64,000 nt of DNA from Desulfatiglandales bacterium (GTDB taxonomy: Bacteria > Desulfobacterota > DSM-4660 > Desulfatiglandales > Desulfatiglandaceae), in the NCBI GenBank assembly GCA_963662465.1, contig OY759599.1:2560001-2624000 (forward strand). Reading direction: 5' to 3'. Position 1 is the stretch's first letter. Each line of letters starts with the position of its first letter. A program made the position numbers and the translations under genes. The notes below the pieces were generated by a model. The model searched no databases and was not told where the DNA came from. It saw nothing but the letters and a program-made list of their open reading frames with translations. This document shows, in pieces, positions 19,832 through 29,385 of this stretch.

Positions 19832-20902
19832 TCAAGAATTTGCCTTTCCCTTGAGTCGATACACATATGCCAGAACTTCCGCCACGGCACGATAAAGGTC
19901 TGACGGTACAAAGTCGCCGACCTCCACGGCCTTAAAAAGCGTCTGGGCCAAAGGCTTGTTTTCCACAATGGGAATATGATGCTCCACAGCCGCGGCCCGT
20001 ATCTTTTCGGCAACCAATCCTGCCCCCTTGGCAACGATTTGCGGCGCAAACATCTCCTCTGAATTGTATTTGACGGCAATTGCCAGATGGGTAGGGTTGG
20101 TAATCACCACATCCGCATCGGGGATGGCCGTCATCATTCGGCGCCTGGCCATTTCCATTTGCAACTGGCGAATACGGCTTTTAACTTTGGGATCCCCTTC
20201 GCTTTGCTTATGCTCATCTTTCACTTCCTGTTTGCTCATCATCAAATCTTTGTTATGCTGCCATCGTTGGTAAGTAAAATCGATGGCGGCAAGGACCATC
20301 AGACCCAGGCTGACATAAAACATCACCTTTAACGCCACGACGCCGATAAAAGACAGGATCTGCCCCACACCCATGTCGATCAAGGATGGGATGGCATCCA
20401 GCTCGCCCTTCAGGACCAGCCACGATATACCCCCGATATAGCTGATTTTCAACAGGGACTTGATCAGCTCGGTCAAAGACCTCAAAGAAACGAATTTCTT
20501 CATGCCGGTTATGGGATTGAATTTGCTGAATTTTGGACTGAAAGGCTCAAGGGTAAACAGAAAACCCACCTGAATCAAATTGGCGCCGATCCCGACTACC
20601 ACAATCACCAGCATAAAAGGCATCATCACCAGAATAAACTGGGTAAAAATCTCCAGCAGAAAGGCTCTCACGGAAGCCCCCTGCATTTCCAGGGTTCCAA
20701 GATTTTGAAAAACACCCTGCATGAGTTCCGTAAGAGAGCTGAACATCCACGGTCCGACAAAAAGAAGTGCCCCCGAGGCAAACAAAAGGATCAGCGCGGA
20801 AGAGACTTCCTGGCTCTTCGGCACCTGCCCCTTCTCTCTGGCCTTATCCAGCTTCTTGCCGGTGGGTTGCTCAGTCTTTTCCTCGTCGCTCTTACCGGCC
20901 AT
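19832..20902 (-). CDS. flhB: Export substrate-switch protein FlhB
   Basis: EKTE.PT, EGDP.VK and NPTH autocleavage motif. Confidence 0.97.
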   Translation of the reverse strand: MAGKSDEEKTEQPTGKKLDKAREKGQVPKSQEVSSALILLFASGALLFVGPWMFSSLTELMQGVFQNLGTLEMQGASVRAFLLEIFTQFILVMMPFMLVIVVVGIGANLIQVGFLFTLEPFSPKFSKFNPITGMKKFVSLRSLTELIKSLLKISYIGGISWLVLKGELDAIPSLIDMGVGQILSFIGVVALKVMFYVSLGLMVLAAIDFTYQRWQHNKDLMMSKQEVKDEHKQSEGDPKVKSRIRQLQMEMARRRMMTAIPDADVVITNPTHLAIAVKYNSEEMFAPQIVAKGAGLVAEKIRAAAVEHHIPIVENKPLAQTLFKAVEVGDFVPSDLYRAVAEVLAYVYRLKGKANS

Positions 20903-20919
20903 CTAGTTCACCTGAAAAT

Positions 20920-20965
20920 GCAGCTGTTAGCTGTTAGCCGTTAGCTGTTAGGTGTTAGCTTAAAA
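20920..20965. repeat. (GCTGTTA)n heptamer tract
   Basis: GCAGCTGTTAGCTGTTAGCCGTTAGCTGTTAGGTGTTAGCTTAAAA; inverted sibling at 51218-51256. Confidence 0.85.
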
Positions 20966-21742
20966 TCACATGACGCTTAAAAGTCTCAAAATCCGATGCC
21001 CCAGCCCACCCATGACAGCAACCAAAAAAGAACTCATATAGGGGAGGGCAAACGCCATGAACAAAAAACCGACGATGATTTTTAACGGCGCCGCCACAAA
21101 GAAAATGTTCATTTGCGGAACGGTTCTGGCCGCCAACCCAAAAGCCACACTCATCAACAGCAAAACGGCGATGAGCGGCGCCCCCAACTTGATGGCGACG
21201 ACAAACAGGTCCCCCGCGAAGCCGATCGTCTGGTCCATCACGGAACTGCCGAAATGAAAGTCAAAGGGGGGAACAATTTGAAAGCTTTCCACCAGGGCTC
21301 TCAAAAATAAATGGTGGGCATTTGTCGCCAGAAATATCAGCATCGCAATCAGGTTATTCAAGTGTCCCAGGAGCGGCATCTGTTCACTTGTGGTGGGATC
21401 CATGACGTTTGCCATGGCCAAACCCATCTGATAACCGGCCAGTTCCCCCGCCAACACCACCCCGGCAAACAACGTCTTCACGCAGAGTCCGATGATCAAC
21501 CCAATCAGCACCTCACTGATGACGCCGATGGCAAAGGGCAGCAATCCCGGCTGAAAGGGGACGGCATCCAGATTCAGGATCGGAAAGAGAACCAGGCTGA
21601 TGGCAAATGCAAGCCCGGCCTTAAACAAAATGGGAATTGTTTCGCTATCAAAAACGGGCGCTGTCAGCAAAATGGCGCAGACCCGCAAAAAAATAAAAAA
21701 AACCATCTGCAGTTGGGGCAGGGAAAAAGTAAGGGATGTCAT
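20966..21742 (-). CDS. fliR: Export gate protein FliR
   Basis: Hydrophobic; AGEL.G.QMGL, PQMNIF...P.K motifs. Confidence 0.95.
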   Translation of the reverse strand: MTSLTFSLPQLQMVFFIFLRVCAILLTAPVFDSETIPILFKAGLAFAISLVLFPILNLDAVPFQPGLLPFAIGVISEVLIGLIIGLCVKTLFAGVVLAGELAGYQMGLAMANVMDPTTSEQMPLLGHLNNLIAMLIFLATNAHHLFLRALVESFQIVPPFDFHFGSSVMDQTIGFAGDLFVVAIKLGAPLIAVLLLMSVAFGLAARTVPQMNIFFVAAPLKIIVGFLFMAFALPYMSSFLVAVMGGLGHRILRLLSVM

Positions 21743-22008
21743 TTTGCGTAAAGGGGAATGTTGGTAAACACCCCTTGTGTAAAATCAACGATCATTTGAA
21801 GCATCCAGGGGAAAAAAATCAGCAATGCCAGACCCACCGCCAGCATTTTAGGGATAAACACCAACGTCATCTCGTTAATCTGAGTCGCAGCCTGAAACAT
21901 GCTTACGATTAATCCGACCAGCAATCCCGCCAGCAACATAGGCGCTGCCAGTAAAATGGCCATCTTGAGGGCCTCCATAAAAAAACTAGTCACAAAATCA
22001 GGCGTCAT
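21739..22008 (-). CDS. fliQ: Export gate protein FliQ
   Basis: FQAATQINEMTL.FIPK. Confidence 0.97.
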   Translation of the reverse strand: MTPDFVTSFFMEALKMAILLAAPMLLAGLLVGLIVSMFQAATQINEMTLVFIPKMLAVGLALLIFFPWMLQMIVDFTQGVFTNIPLYAK

Positions 22009-22023
22009 TTCGACATCTCCTCA

Positions 22024-22821
22024 TTATCCAAAGCTTTTAACCAGCGAACCAACAATTAAATACCAGCCATCGGCCAAAACGAACAACATCAATTTGAATG
22101 GGAGCGAAATCATAACGGGGGGCAGCATCATCATCCCCATGGAAAGAAGCACGCTCGCAACCACCATGTCGACAATCAAAAAGGGAACATAGAGCAGCAT
22201 GCCGATCTGAAATGCCGTCTTCAGCTCACTGATCACAAAAGAGGGGATAATGACCGTAATGGGAACATCATCGATGTTTTTCGGCCGTTTCAACTTGGCG
22301 ATACTGACGAACAGCGCCAGATCTTTTTCCCGGGTCTGCTTGATCATAAATGCTCTGATGGGTTTGGCGGCGATTTCAAAGGCCTGTTCATTGGTGATTT
22401 TTTTATCAAAATAGGGTTTTAGCGCATCCTCATAAACCGCCTGCCAGACAGGGGTCATGATAAAGATGGTCAAAAACAGGCTCAAACCGATGATGATCTG
22501 GTTCGGAGGGCTCTGCATGGTTCCCAGAGCCTTTCGAAGCAAGGAAAGTACAATGACGATCCGGGTAAAAGACGTGAGCATAATGAGGATGGCCGGCGCC
22601 AGGGAAAGGACCGTCATCAGGAGGAAAATCTGTAAAACGACGGCCACTTCTCCCGGGCTGTCCGCCTTATCCAGACCGATGCTGATAAAAGGCGGCGCTC
22701 CGGCGGGCTGCGCCGCCATACACGTCGCTTCGATGCAACCAACTAAAATCAACAGGGTCACAATTAGGACAAAAAAGCGCTTAAAACCTCTTATCACGGG
22801 TTTGCTCCCAGCAGGTTGCAC
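22024..22821 (-). CDS. fliP: Export gate protein FliP
   Basis: TSFTRIVIVLSLLR, PPNQ, MGMMMLPP.MISLPFK, DGW. Start codon uncertain. Confidence 0.97.
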   Translation of the reverse strand: MQPAGSKPVIRGFKRFFVLIVTLLILVGCIEATCMAAQPAGAPPFISIGLDKADSPGEVAVVLQIFLLMTVLSLAPAILIMLTSFTRIVIVLSLLRKALGTMQSPPNQIIIGLSLFLTIFIMTPVWQAVYEDALKPYFDKKITNEQAFEIAAKPIRAFMIKQTREKDLALFVSIAKLKRPKNIDDVPITVIIPSFVISELKTAFQIGMLLYVPFLIVDMVVASVLLSMGMMMLPPVMISLPFKLMLFVLADGWYLIVGSLVKSFG

Positions 22822-22830
22822 AAGGCAGGG

Positions 22831-23211
22831 TCACCGTTCATCAGCGCCCTTTTTGGTTTTTGTCGTCAGATGCCTCAACTGATCCAGAAACGACCCTGGC
22901 ATAAGCCGGTCATCCGGCGCCTTGAATTGATCCAAAATCTCTTGATCCTCTATTTTGGTCAAGAGACGAATATGATCGTTTGTAACCCCCAAAACCAAAA
23001 TAGCCCCCGGAACCCCAACCATCGTAATGGTTTTCTTAACGCCCACGTGGGCATGGCCCAACACCCTGATCATTCCTCCCGAAAATTGGCCGCCGGTCCT
23101 TCCCATCATCCGTTTTGAGATGTAGCGTACTGCCAGCAGAAAGACCAACAGAACGGCCAAAGCGGCAAACATTTTCATGGCGCTTGAAATGAGGTCGGGG
23201 GAATAGTTCAT
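22831..23211 (-). CDS. fliO: Flagellar biogenesis protein FliO
   Basis: N-terminal TM, LVLGVT...I.LL; located between fliN and fliP. Confidence 0.88.
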   Translation of the reverse strand: MNYSPDLISSAMKMFAALAVLLVFLLAVRYISKRMMGRTGGQFSGGMIRVLGHAHVGVKKTITMVGVPGAILVLGVTNDHIRLLTKIEDQEILDQFKAPDDRLMPGSFLDQLRHLTTKTKKGADER

Positions 23212-23531
23212 TTCAGTTTCTCGATTCGCTCTATGGGGCTCACGATTTCAGTGATCCGAATGGCATACCGATCCTTCACCACCACAACTTCTCCCCTGGC
23301 CACCAATTTTTGATTTGCTAACAGATCCATGGTCTGTCCGGCAAATTTGGTCAATTCCACAACCGATCCCTGGGCCAATTGCAGCAGGTCGTTGATCAGC
23401 ATTCGGGTTCGGCCCAGTTCAACGGTGACCTCCAGGGGAATATCCAGAATAAAATCCAGATCGCTTGCCGCATGGGCGGCCTGCCCTCTTCCAGCATCGG
23501 AACCGGGTGTTTTTTTTCCGTTTTGACTCAT
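23208..23531 (-). CDS. fliN: C-ring protein FliN
   Basis: LDFILDIPLEVTVELGRT...ARGEVVVV..Y.IRITEI. Likely start MSQNG at 23531 with GAGAGG SD. Confidence 0.95.
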   Translation of the reverse strand: MSQNGKKTPGSDAGRGQAAHAASDLDFILDIPLEVTVELGRTRMLINDLLQLAQGSVVELTKFAGQTMDLLANQKLVARGEVVVVKDRYAIRITEIVSPIERIEKLK

Positions 23532-23576
23532 AACCACGCCTCTCATTTTGAAATAAATCCGTTTTTTACTTAAAAA

Positions 23577-25503
23577 GTGGGTAGAATGACTCTGTCGCCA
23601 GAGCCAAGCCCCCGTTACCACCGGACAGGCAGTTTTCCCGCATCCGGCGGTCCCGTGAATTACCCCATCCGGGGAGCTTCAAACAGCAGCAATTGACCAT
23701 GCCACCTTGGCCGGATAATGCTTCGCATTGACACCAATCCCTTTTGGGCCAGTTCGTTGTTAGACGGATGCCCTTCAGTGGTACGCCAACGCTTGTGTAT
23801 ATAAGCACGCAAGCGCTTTCTTACCCATCTATCCAGCCTTGTGAGCAGTCCTACATTGCGGCCTCTTTTGTGATAGTTGCCCCACCCTCTCAAAATCGGA
23901 TTGAGCCTTTCTATCAGTAATTCCACAGGTAGATCACCTTGTTGCCGTCGGGTTACCTCCCGCACCTTACGGTACAGGCCTTTGAGCGATTTGGTCCCGA
24001 CCTTCATCCCACGCGTATTGAAATGGAATCCAAGAAAATCAAATCCTTCGGAAAATGACCGCACGCAGGTCTTTTCATCGTTAAGCTCCAGCTTGAGCTC
24101 GCTGAGTACCTGGCGTACATAGACAAGTATTTGGTCTGCTTGCTCGCGCCCGTGGCAGAAAATTACCACGTCATCGGCATATCGGACAAATGGATGTCCT
24201 TTTGCCGCCAACGCATTATCCAGCACTGTGAGGTAAATGTTACTCAGTAAAGGACTGATTACCCCACCCTGCGGTGTGCCGGAGACCTGAAAGCGTATAT
24301 TGCCCTCCTCCATTACTCCAGCCGTCAGCCAGCCGCGTATCAGGCCCAGGACCCGTCGATCCTTCACCACCTTGCCGACCAACTTCATCAGGATTTCATG
24401 ATCCACATGGTCAAAGAAACCTCTGATGTCAAGATCTACCACATAGCCATATCCTTTGCCTCTCAACTCCTGAACCTGGACGGCAGCAGTATGTGTACTG
24501 CGCCCCGGACGGAAACCATAGCTGTTTGGGTGGAAGTATTCTTCAAACACAGGGCTCAGCTGCGCATGCACAGCTTGCTGACACACGCGATCCACTACCA
24601 CCGGAATACCCAGTGGGCGCTTCTTCCGGCTGCCAGGCTTGTCAATGTAAGTCCGCTTGACCGCCTTGCTCCGATAGGTGTCGTTCATCAGTCTGTGCCG
24701 TAAAGTGCTCAGGTGTTCCTTAAGTTTGCCTCTCCATGCCTTCACATCCATGCCGTCAACACCGGCACTGCCTCGGTTGGCAATTACCTTGGCCGATGCC
24801 TTTTCCAGGTTGACCCAGTTGTAAACTTTGTCTATGACACTGTGTAAAATCTTAGCCAATTGATACCATCCTACACCAGATAGGTCTGTATACCACGGCG
24901 GTACTGTCTGCCAGTTCCGGGCCGTTTTCGCTTGGAACGTACCCCTGCCCGCGCAATATCCCTTTACCTACCTTTCACGGTGTCGTCCTTCGGCACAGGT
25001 TGACCCTATGTGCCTAATATGACGGCGCTGACTTCTCATGGTCGCATCAGGTTCCCAGTTCCCTACTCGCATTCTGCGAGACTTCCACAAGATCTCACCC
25101 GGTCACCCCAGTTCTCTATTCTGCTCCTCTCCAAACCTAATCACTTATAACCGTTTCCAGCAAGGCTATCCGCAATATGCCTCGACTTTGATCCCGTCTT
25201 TTCCCCCAACGGGCCGGACTACAGGCTTTAAGGTACCCTCGTCCCACGGCCACGCCACCTCGGTCTAATCAAATGCCGGCCGTCGCTTAGGCATCTGAAA
25301 TCGGATCTGAGCATCGGTCTCAAGCCCTTCTCCCACCCGCCTTACGGCGTAGTGAGTCACTTACCTCCGGCGTTCCCGTTCGATGGGCACGACGGAAACT
25401 TTGCCTCCGGAGAGATAATCCTAATGTTGACCTTATGCCATTTTGCGGTACAGCATAGACAGACTATCACTGTCACTTAGAAAACTGGGGCTGCAGGTCG
25501 CCC
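23577..25503 (-). mobile_element. Group II intron (~1.93 kb), sense orientation, between fliM and fliN
   Basis: 5' end GGGCGACC (GUGYG-like) at 25503; DIII-like GAGAAGTCAGCGCCGTCATATTAG...GAAGGA; DV at 23617-23651 with CGC triad; DVI ending CTACCCAC; putative EBS1 CTTAAA about 270 nt from the 5' end. Boundaries inferred to within 1-2 nt. Confidence 0.85.
23660..24859 (-). CDS. ltrA: Group II intron reverse transcriptase/maturase (no endonuclease domain)
   Basis: GSAGVDG, RPLGIP...DR, SYGFRPGRS, GTPQGGVISPLLSNIYL, YADD, FDFLGF and thumb LNPILRGWGNY; 399 aa, TTG start. Confidence 0.95.
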   Translation of the reverse strand: MAKILHSVIDKVYNWVNLEKASAKVIANRGSAGVDGMDVKAWRGKLKEHLSTLRHRLMNDTYRSKAVKRTYIDKPGSRKKRPLGIPVVVDRVCQQAVHAQLSPVFEEYFHPNSYGFRPGRSTHTAAVQVQELRGKGYGYVVDLDIRGFFDHVDHEILMKLVGKVVKDRRVLGLIRGWLTAGVMEEGNIRFQVSGTPQGGVISPLLSNIYLTVLDNALAAKGHPFVRYADDVVIFCHGREQADQILVYVRQVLSELKLELNDEKTCVRSFSEGFDFLGFHFNTRGMKVGTKSLKGLYRKVREVTRRQQGDLPVELLIERLNPILRGWGNYHKRGRNVGLLTRLDRWVRKRLRAYIHKRWRTTEGHPSNNELAQKGLVSMRSIIRPRWHGQLLLFEAPRMG

Positions 25504-25540
25504 CTTAAAACCGTTCCTGAACGAAATTTTTGTTCAGGCA

Positions 25541-26536
25541 CTAGTTATTTTGAGGGCTGAGAATGGGCGCTTCGATGCGGACAGCCCTGTTGCCCCCCAC
25601 AACACCCGCAAAACCGAAAAATTTCGGTACATTTTCCACCAATACCGGAATTGCATCGGGTGGACCCGTATCCAGAAGAATCAGATCTCCCTCCTGAATA
25701 TTGAGGATATCGCCCACACTCTGCGTGACGCTGCCGATCTTGGCGGTGACGGTAACGAGGGTATCATTCAATATTTCCTGTAATTTTGCGTTCCATACGT
25801 TTTCCAGCTCCGAATCCCTCAAATTTTTGTACGACAGTTTTTCCCTGATCGGCTCCAGCAACAGATAAGGAATGCATAACCACATTTTTGCGTTAAACCC
25901 CTCCATGGAAATGGTAAAGAGAACCACCACAACAGTATCGCCGGGCGCAACCAAACGAATGAATTGATGTTTGGTTTCGCTCTTTCCAATGGATATTTCC
26001 AAGGCTTCAACAAAAGCCCACGCCCTTTCCAACTCCTTGAGTATATCAATGGAAAATTTTCTCATGACGCGCTGTTCAATCATCGTAAAATCCCGCTCCT
26101 GCTTAATGGGCGATGTTCCGGTTCCACCGAACATGCAATCGATCAGGAAAAATACAAGTCGCGATTCCATGGCCAGAAGGCCTGAACCGATCAGCGGGTC
26201 CATGCGAAACGTATGAAAGCTTGTGGGATTTTGAAGCCCTTCCATGAATTCCCCGAATTTAACGGTTTCAGTGGCGGTCAATCCCGCGTCAATGGGAGTC
26301 CTCAGTGTTGTGGAAATGAGGTTCCGCAGAGAATTAGCGAACCGGTCATGAATTTCATCCAGAACATCAAAATGCTCCCGCATCATGATATTGGGACCTG
26401 TCAGATCATAGACCGGAAGATCATCCGTGGACGCAAGACTTTCCTCCACCTCGTCGCCTTCAAAATCAACATGACCATCGGCCATTGATGAGAGAAGCGC
26501 ATCCACCTCTTCCTGGGTTAATATCTGGTCAGCCAT
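25541..26536 (-). CDS. fliM: C-ring switch protein FliM
   Basis: ILTQEEVDALL CheY-binding N-terminus, MFGG, R.FT.IE, C-terminal SpoA domain. Confidence 0.96.
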   Translation of the reverse strand: MADQILTQEEVDALLSSMADGHVDFEGDEVEESLASTDDLPVYDLTGPNIMMREHFDVLDEIHDRFANSLRNLISTTLRTPIDAGLTATETVKFGEFMEGLQNPTSFHTFRMDPLIGSGLLAMESRLVFFLIDCMFGGTGTSPIKQERDFTMIEQRVMRKFSIDILKELERAWAFVEALEISIGKSETKHQFIRLVAPGDTVVVVLFTISMEGFNAKMWLCIPYLLLEPIREKLSYKNLRDSELENVWNAKLQEILNDTLVTVTAKIGSVTQSVGDILNIQEGDLILLDTGPPDAIPVLVENVPKFFGFAGVVGGNRAVRIEAPILSPQNN

Positions 26537-26551
26537 ACTTATAAGGGTTCC

Positions 26552-27028
26552 TTATTGAACGACAAATTCCTGAAAATAGAGATTGGTAATTCCGCCGTTT
26601 TGCAAAAGCGAATTCAATCCATCCATAATTTCATTTTTCAAAGCAGTTTTTCCCCCAAGATTTCTGACGTCATTAAAGGTTTTAGACGGCAAAATCATCA
26701 AAATCTTATCTCTCATCTGGGGAAGGTTTCCCTTAATCTCACCCTCGACCCGGCTTTCGCTCAATTCAAGCACCATGCCCACCCTTAAATAGCGTTTTCC
26801 GCCGGGATCGGCGAGGTTGACCACAAAAGTTTTTAAAGGATAGATAATTTTTTTCGCCACCGGTTGATCCGTCCGTTGACTTGAATGTTCCGTAGTCGTT
26901 TCAGTTGAAGCGACACTCCCGGAATTCGGATTCGAAATCTTCCCCCAAAGCACGAAAAAGGCCGTTCCCACCCCTATAACAATCGTGAGAAAAATAATCG
27001 CGATGATATACAGGCTCTTTTTTGACAT
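26552..27028 (-). CDS. fliL: Basal-body protein FliL
   Basis: N-terminal TM, FVVNLAD...RYL, C-terminal LYF.EFVVQ. Confidence 0.95.
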   Translation of the reverse strand: MSKKSLYIIAIIFLTIVIGVGTAFFVLWGKISNPNSGSVASTETTTEHSSQRTDQPVAKKIIYPLKTFVVNLADPGGKRYLRVGMVLELSESRVEGEIKGNLPQMRDKILMILPSKTFNDVRNLGGKTALKNEIMDGLNSLLQNGGITNLYFQEFVVQ

Positions 27029-27029
27029 A

Positions 27030-27743
27030 TTATTTCCCTTTTTCCTTCAGCAATACAATTTCCACTCGCCTGTTTTTAGCCCGATGCTCAGGGGTATCAT
27101 TGGGATTAATGGGCCTGGATTCCCCATATCCAACAGCCGACAACCTGCGCGGATACACGTCCATTCGGTTTGCCAGAAACTTCACAATGGTAACGGCACG
27201 CGCAGCAGACAACTCCCAGTTTGAAGGGAATGCCTGGGTTGTGATGGGCACATTATCCGTATGGCCTTCGATACAAACAGCGTTTGGAATCCGGCTGATC
27301 ACGCCGCCGATTTTTTGGAGCAAAGAAAAAGCGTCCGGATTAACCGTGGCGCTGCCTGAGTTAAAAAGAATGTTGCCTTCAATCCTGATGACAACGCCCC
27401 TTTCAGTGTTTTCCGAATCCACCCCCGGAAACGCATCAATTTCGGCAACCAATTCATGGACGGCTTCAGGAAAAGAGTCTGTCGGTTCCTCCTGAACGGA
27501 GATAATCGGAGGTCTAGTGGACTCAACCAGACCCACGCTCCCAACGCCTTTTTTTTCCAACGCGCCAAATCCCCGTATGATGGCAGACCGAAATTCCTTG
27601 ATCTTTACCATATCGCCACTGCTCATGGCAAAAATGAGGACAAAGAAAACCATCAACAATGTTATCAGGTCATTGAACGTCGTAAGCCATTGTGCGCCCG
27701 GCGGACGGCTGATGCTTCCCCGACGGCTGATCCTTTGCGCCAC
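27030..27743 (-). CDS. motB: Stator B subunit MotB/PomB (Asp intact)
   Basis: WLTTFNDLITLLMVFFV TM; OmpA-like GHTDN, NWELSAARA, NRRVEI. Confidence 0.95.
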   Translation of the reverse strand: MAQRISRRGSISRPPGAQWLTTFNDLITLLMVFFVLIFAMSSGDMVKIKEFRSAIIRGFGALEKKGVGSVGLVESTRPPIISVQEEPTDSFPEAVHELVAEIDAFPGVDSENTERGVVIRIEGNILFNSGSATVNPDAFSLLQKIGGVISRIPNAVCIEGHTDNVPITTQAFPSNWELSAARAVTIVKFLANRMDVYPRRLSAVGYGESRPINPNDTPEHRAKNRRVEIVLLKEKGK

Positions 27744-27758
27744 TGCGCCATCTCCTCA

Positions 27759-28499
27759 TCAGGTGTTTGGTCTTAATTTTGGAGAAAAAATAATCTCCAC
27801 CCGCCTGTTGTTGGCTCGATGTTCAGGGGTATCATTTGGAAATATGGGCTGAAACTCACCATATCCCGCAGCTGACAGCCTTTTTAAATCGCATTTTCCG
27901 GTTTCTATGAAATACCTCAAAACATTCACGGCCCGTGCCGTTGACAGTTCCCAGTTAGATGGGAATCCAGTGGTATGGATCGGCAGATTGTCCGCATGCC
28001 CTTCTATTCGAATATCATGGGGCGCCTTGGATAAAACACCGGCAATTTTGCTCAACAACGGCATGGCGCCCGGTGAAATTTCAGCAACCCCAAGGCCAAA
28101 CAGCGATGTATCCGACAATCGCATAATCAGGCCTTCATTCGAAAAGGAAAGGCGGATGTCTTTGTACAACCCAAGTTCATTTTTGATAGCCACCAGGCTT
28201 TCGAATATGGGACCCAGTCCTTCCCGGGTAGCCAAAATGTCCGATGAAGCGTCCGTCATATCTCCCTCGGATTGAAATCCGAATCCACCCTTGAGAATGT
28301 CAATGGAATCCGTAAATGATACCACGAACTTTTCAATTTTTGGCTTCTCAATAGTGGAAAAGGCACACAACATAATAAAAAAGCATAACATAATAAGAAT
28401 AAAACCCGAATAGACAATTTCCCATCCACCACCGGCGGCAGGCAATTCGCTTATCTGGGTATGGCGTTTTAAAACAGTCATGTTTCCCATGTTTCCCAT
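27759..28499 (-). CDS. motB: Second MotB-like stator subunit lacking the conserved TM Asp
   Basis: TM WEIVYSGFILIMLCFFIML; intact OmpA-like domain (GHADN, NWELSTARA, NRRVEI). Start is at one of three ATGs in MGNMGNM. Confidence 0.88.
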   Translation of the reverse strand: MGNMGNMTVLKRHTQISELPAAGGGWEIVYSGFILIMLCFFIMLCAFSTIEKPKIEKFVVSFTDSIDILKGGFGFQSEGDMTDASSDILATREGLGPIFESLVAIKNELGLYKDIRLSFSNEGLIMRLSDTSLFGLGVAEISPGAMPLLSKIAGVLSKAPHDIRIEGHADNLPIHTTGFPSNWELSTARAVNVLRYFIETGKCDLKRLSAAGYGEFQPIFPNDTPEHRANNRRVEIIFSPKLRPNT

Positions 28500-28567
28500 G
28501 TTTCAACCCCTTTTCCAGCAATTAGAATGGGTGCCCCATCTGCAATGATGATTGCATTTGGAAAGCC

Positions 28568-29332
28568 CTATGGTTCTTCAACCGCCCTTTTCTTTTGGGG
28601 CAGAAAGGCTTTGAGCTTCTGTTCGATGATTCGGTGGCTTTCCCCCGACTGAATGGCCATGAGACCTTCCACCACCAGCTCCTTGATCAGGATTTCCTGT
28701 TTGCTCCGTGTCTTGAGTTTTGCGGCAATGGGCATGAGCAGAAGGTTCGCAAGGACCGTTCCATAGAAAGTCGTCAGAAGCGCTACAGCCATGGGAGCGC
28801 CGATCTTACTGGGATCTTCCATCTGCATCAACATCTGAACCAATCCGATGATGGTCCCCATCATCCCCACAGCCGGCGCGTAAGCCGCCATGGTGGTAAA
28901 TATTTCGGCGCCCAGGGAATGCCGCTCTTCCACATAAAGGATCTCCGTGGTCAACACTTCTTTGATGGAAGTTGATTCCATGCCGTCAATGGCCAGGGAC
29001 AACCCTTTAAAAAAAAAGGGGTCGTCAATTTCCTTCATCCTGGACTCAAAGGCCAGTATCCCCTCCCGCCTGGCCAGTTGTCCAAACTCAACCATTTTTT
29101 CTATAATTTCCAAGGCCGGCCGGGTTCTGTGAAAAAATACATTTTTCACCACCTTGAACACACCAAGCACCTGTGTGAGGGGATAGCTGAGAAGCGTTGC
29201 GCCGAGAGTCCCCCCAACAACAATCATGATGGACGGCACACTAATAAACCATGCCGGCGATCCTCCCAAGACAATGGCGCCCATGACAAGCGCCCCGGCC
29301 ATGAGAATCCCAACAACTGTAGCAATATCCAT
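28568..29332 (-). CDS. motA: Stator A subunit MotA/PomA
   Basis: ARREGILA.E, APAVGMMGTIIGLVQML, AVALLTTFYG (PomA-like Thr residues). Confidence 0.96.
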   Translation of the reverse strand: MDIATVVGILMAGALVMGAIVLGGSPAWFISVPSIMIVVGGTLGATLLSYPLTQVLGVFKVVKNVFFHRTRPALEIIEKMVEFGQLARREGILAFESRMKEIDDPFFFKGLSLAIDGMESTSIKEVLTTEILYVEERHSLGAEIFTTMAAYAPAVGMMGTIIGLVQMLMQMEDPSKIGAPMAVALLTTFYGTVLANLLLMPIAAKLKTRSKQEILIKELVVEGLMAIQSGESHRIIEQKLKAFLPQKKRAVEEP

Positions 29333-29369
29333 TTTTAACCTCCATCAGTTCCAAACGGCACTTTAACAA

Positions 29370-29385
29370 AGCAAACATTGTGCCA
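29370..29385 (-). promoter_or_regulatory. Sigma54 promoter upstream of motA
   Basis: Minus strand TGGCAC-AATGT-TTGCT, near-consensus. Confidence 0.85.

Noticed and set aside
23660..24859. RT as a diversity-generating retroelement, retron or CRISPR-associated RT
   Set aside because: It has a maturase thumb and is followed by DV/DVI. No template/variable repeat pair with A-specific mismatches, avd, msr-msd or cas genes were seen.
25380..25391. Alternative intron 5' end at GTGCCC (~25390)
   Set aside because: The 25503 start restores the heptamer repeat and gives an EBS1-IBS1 match at a plausible distance; no such pairing was seen for 25390.
28479..28505. (CATGTTTCC)x3 at the motB' start
   Set aside because: A short in-frame 9-bp repeat that only makes the start codon ambiguous; no evidence of function.
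29009..29017. T9 run in motA and the A-run upstream of fliA as phase-variation switches
   Set aside because: A/T runs of 7-9 are common throughout this window, and the motA run encodes an ordinary PFFFK.
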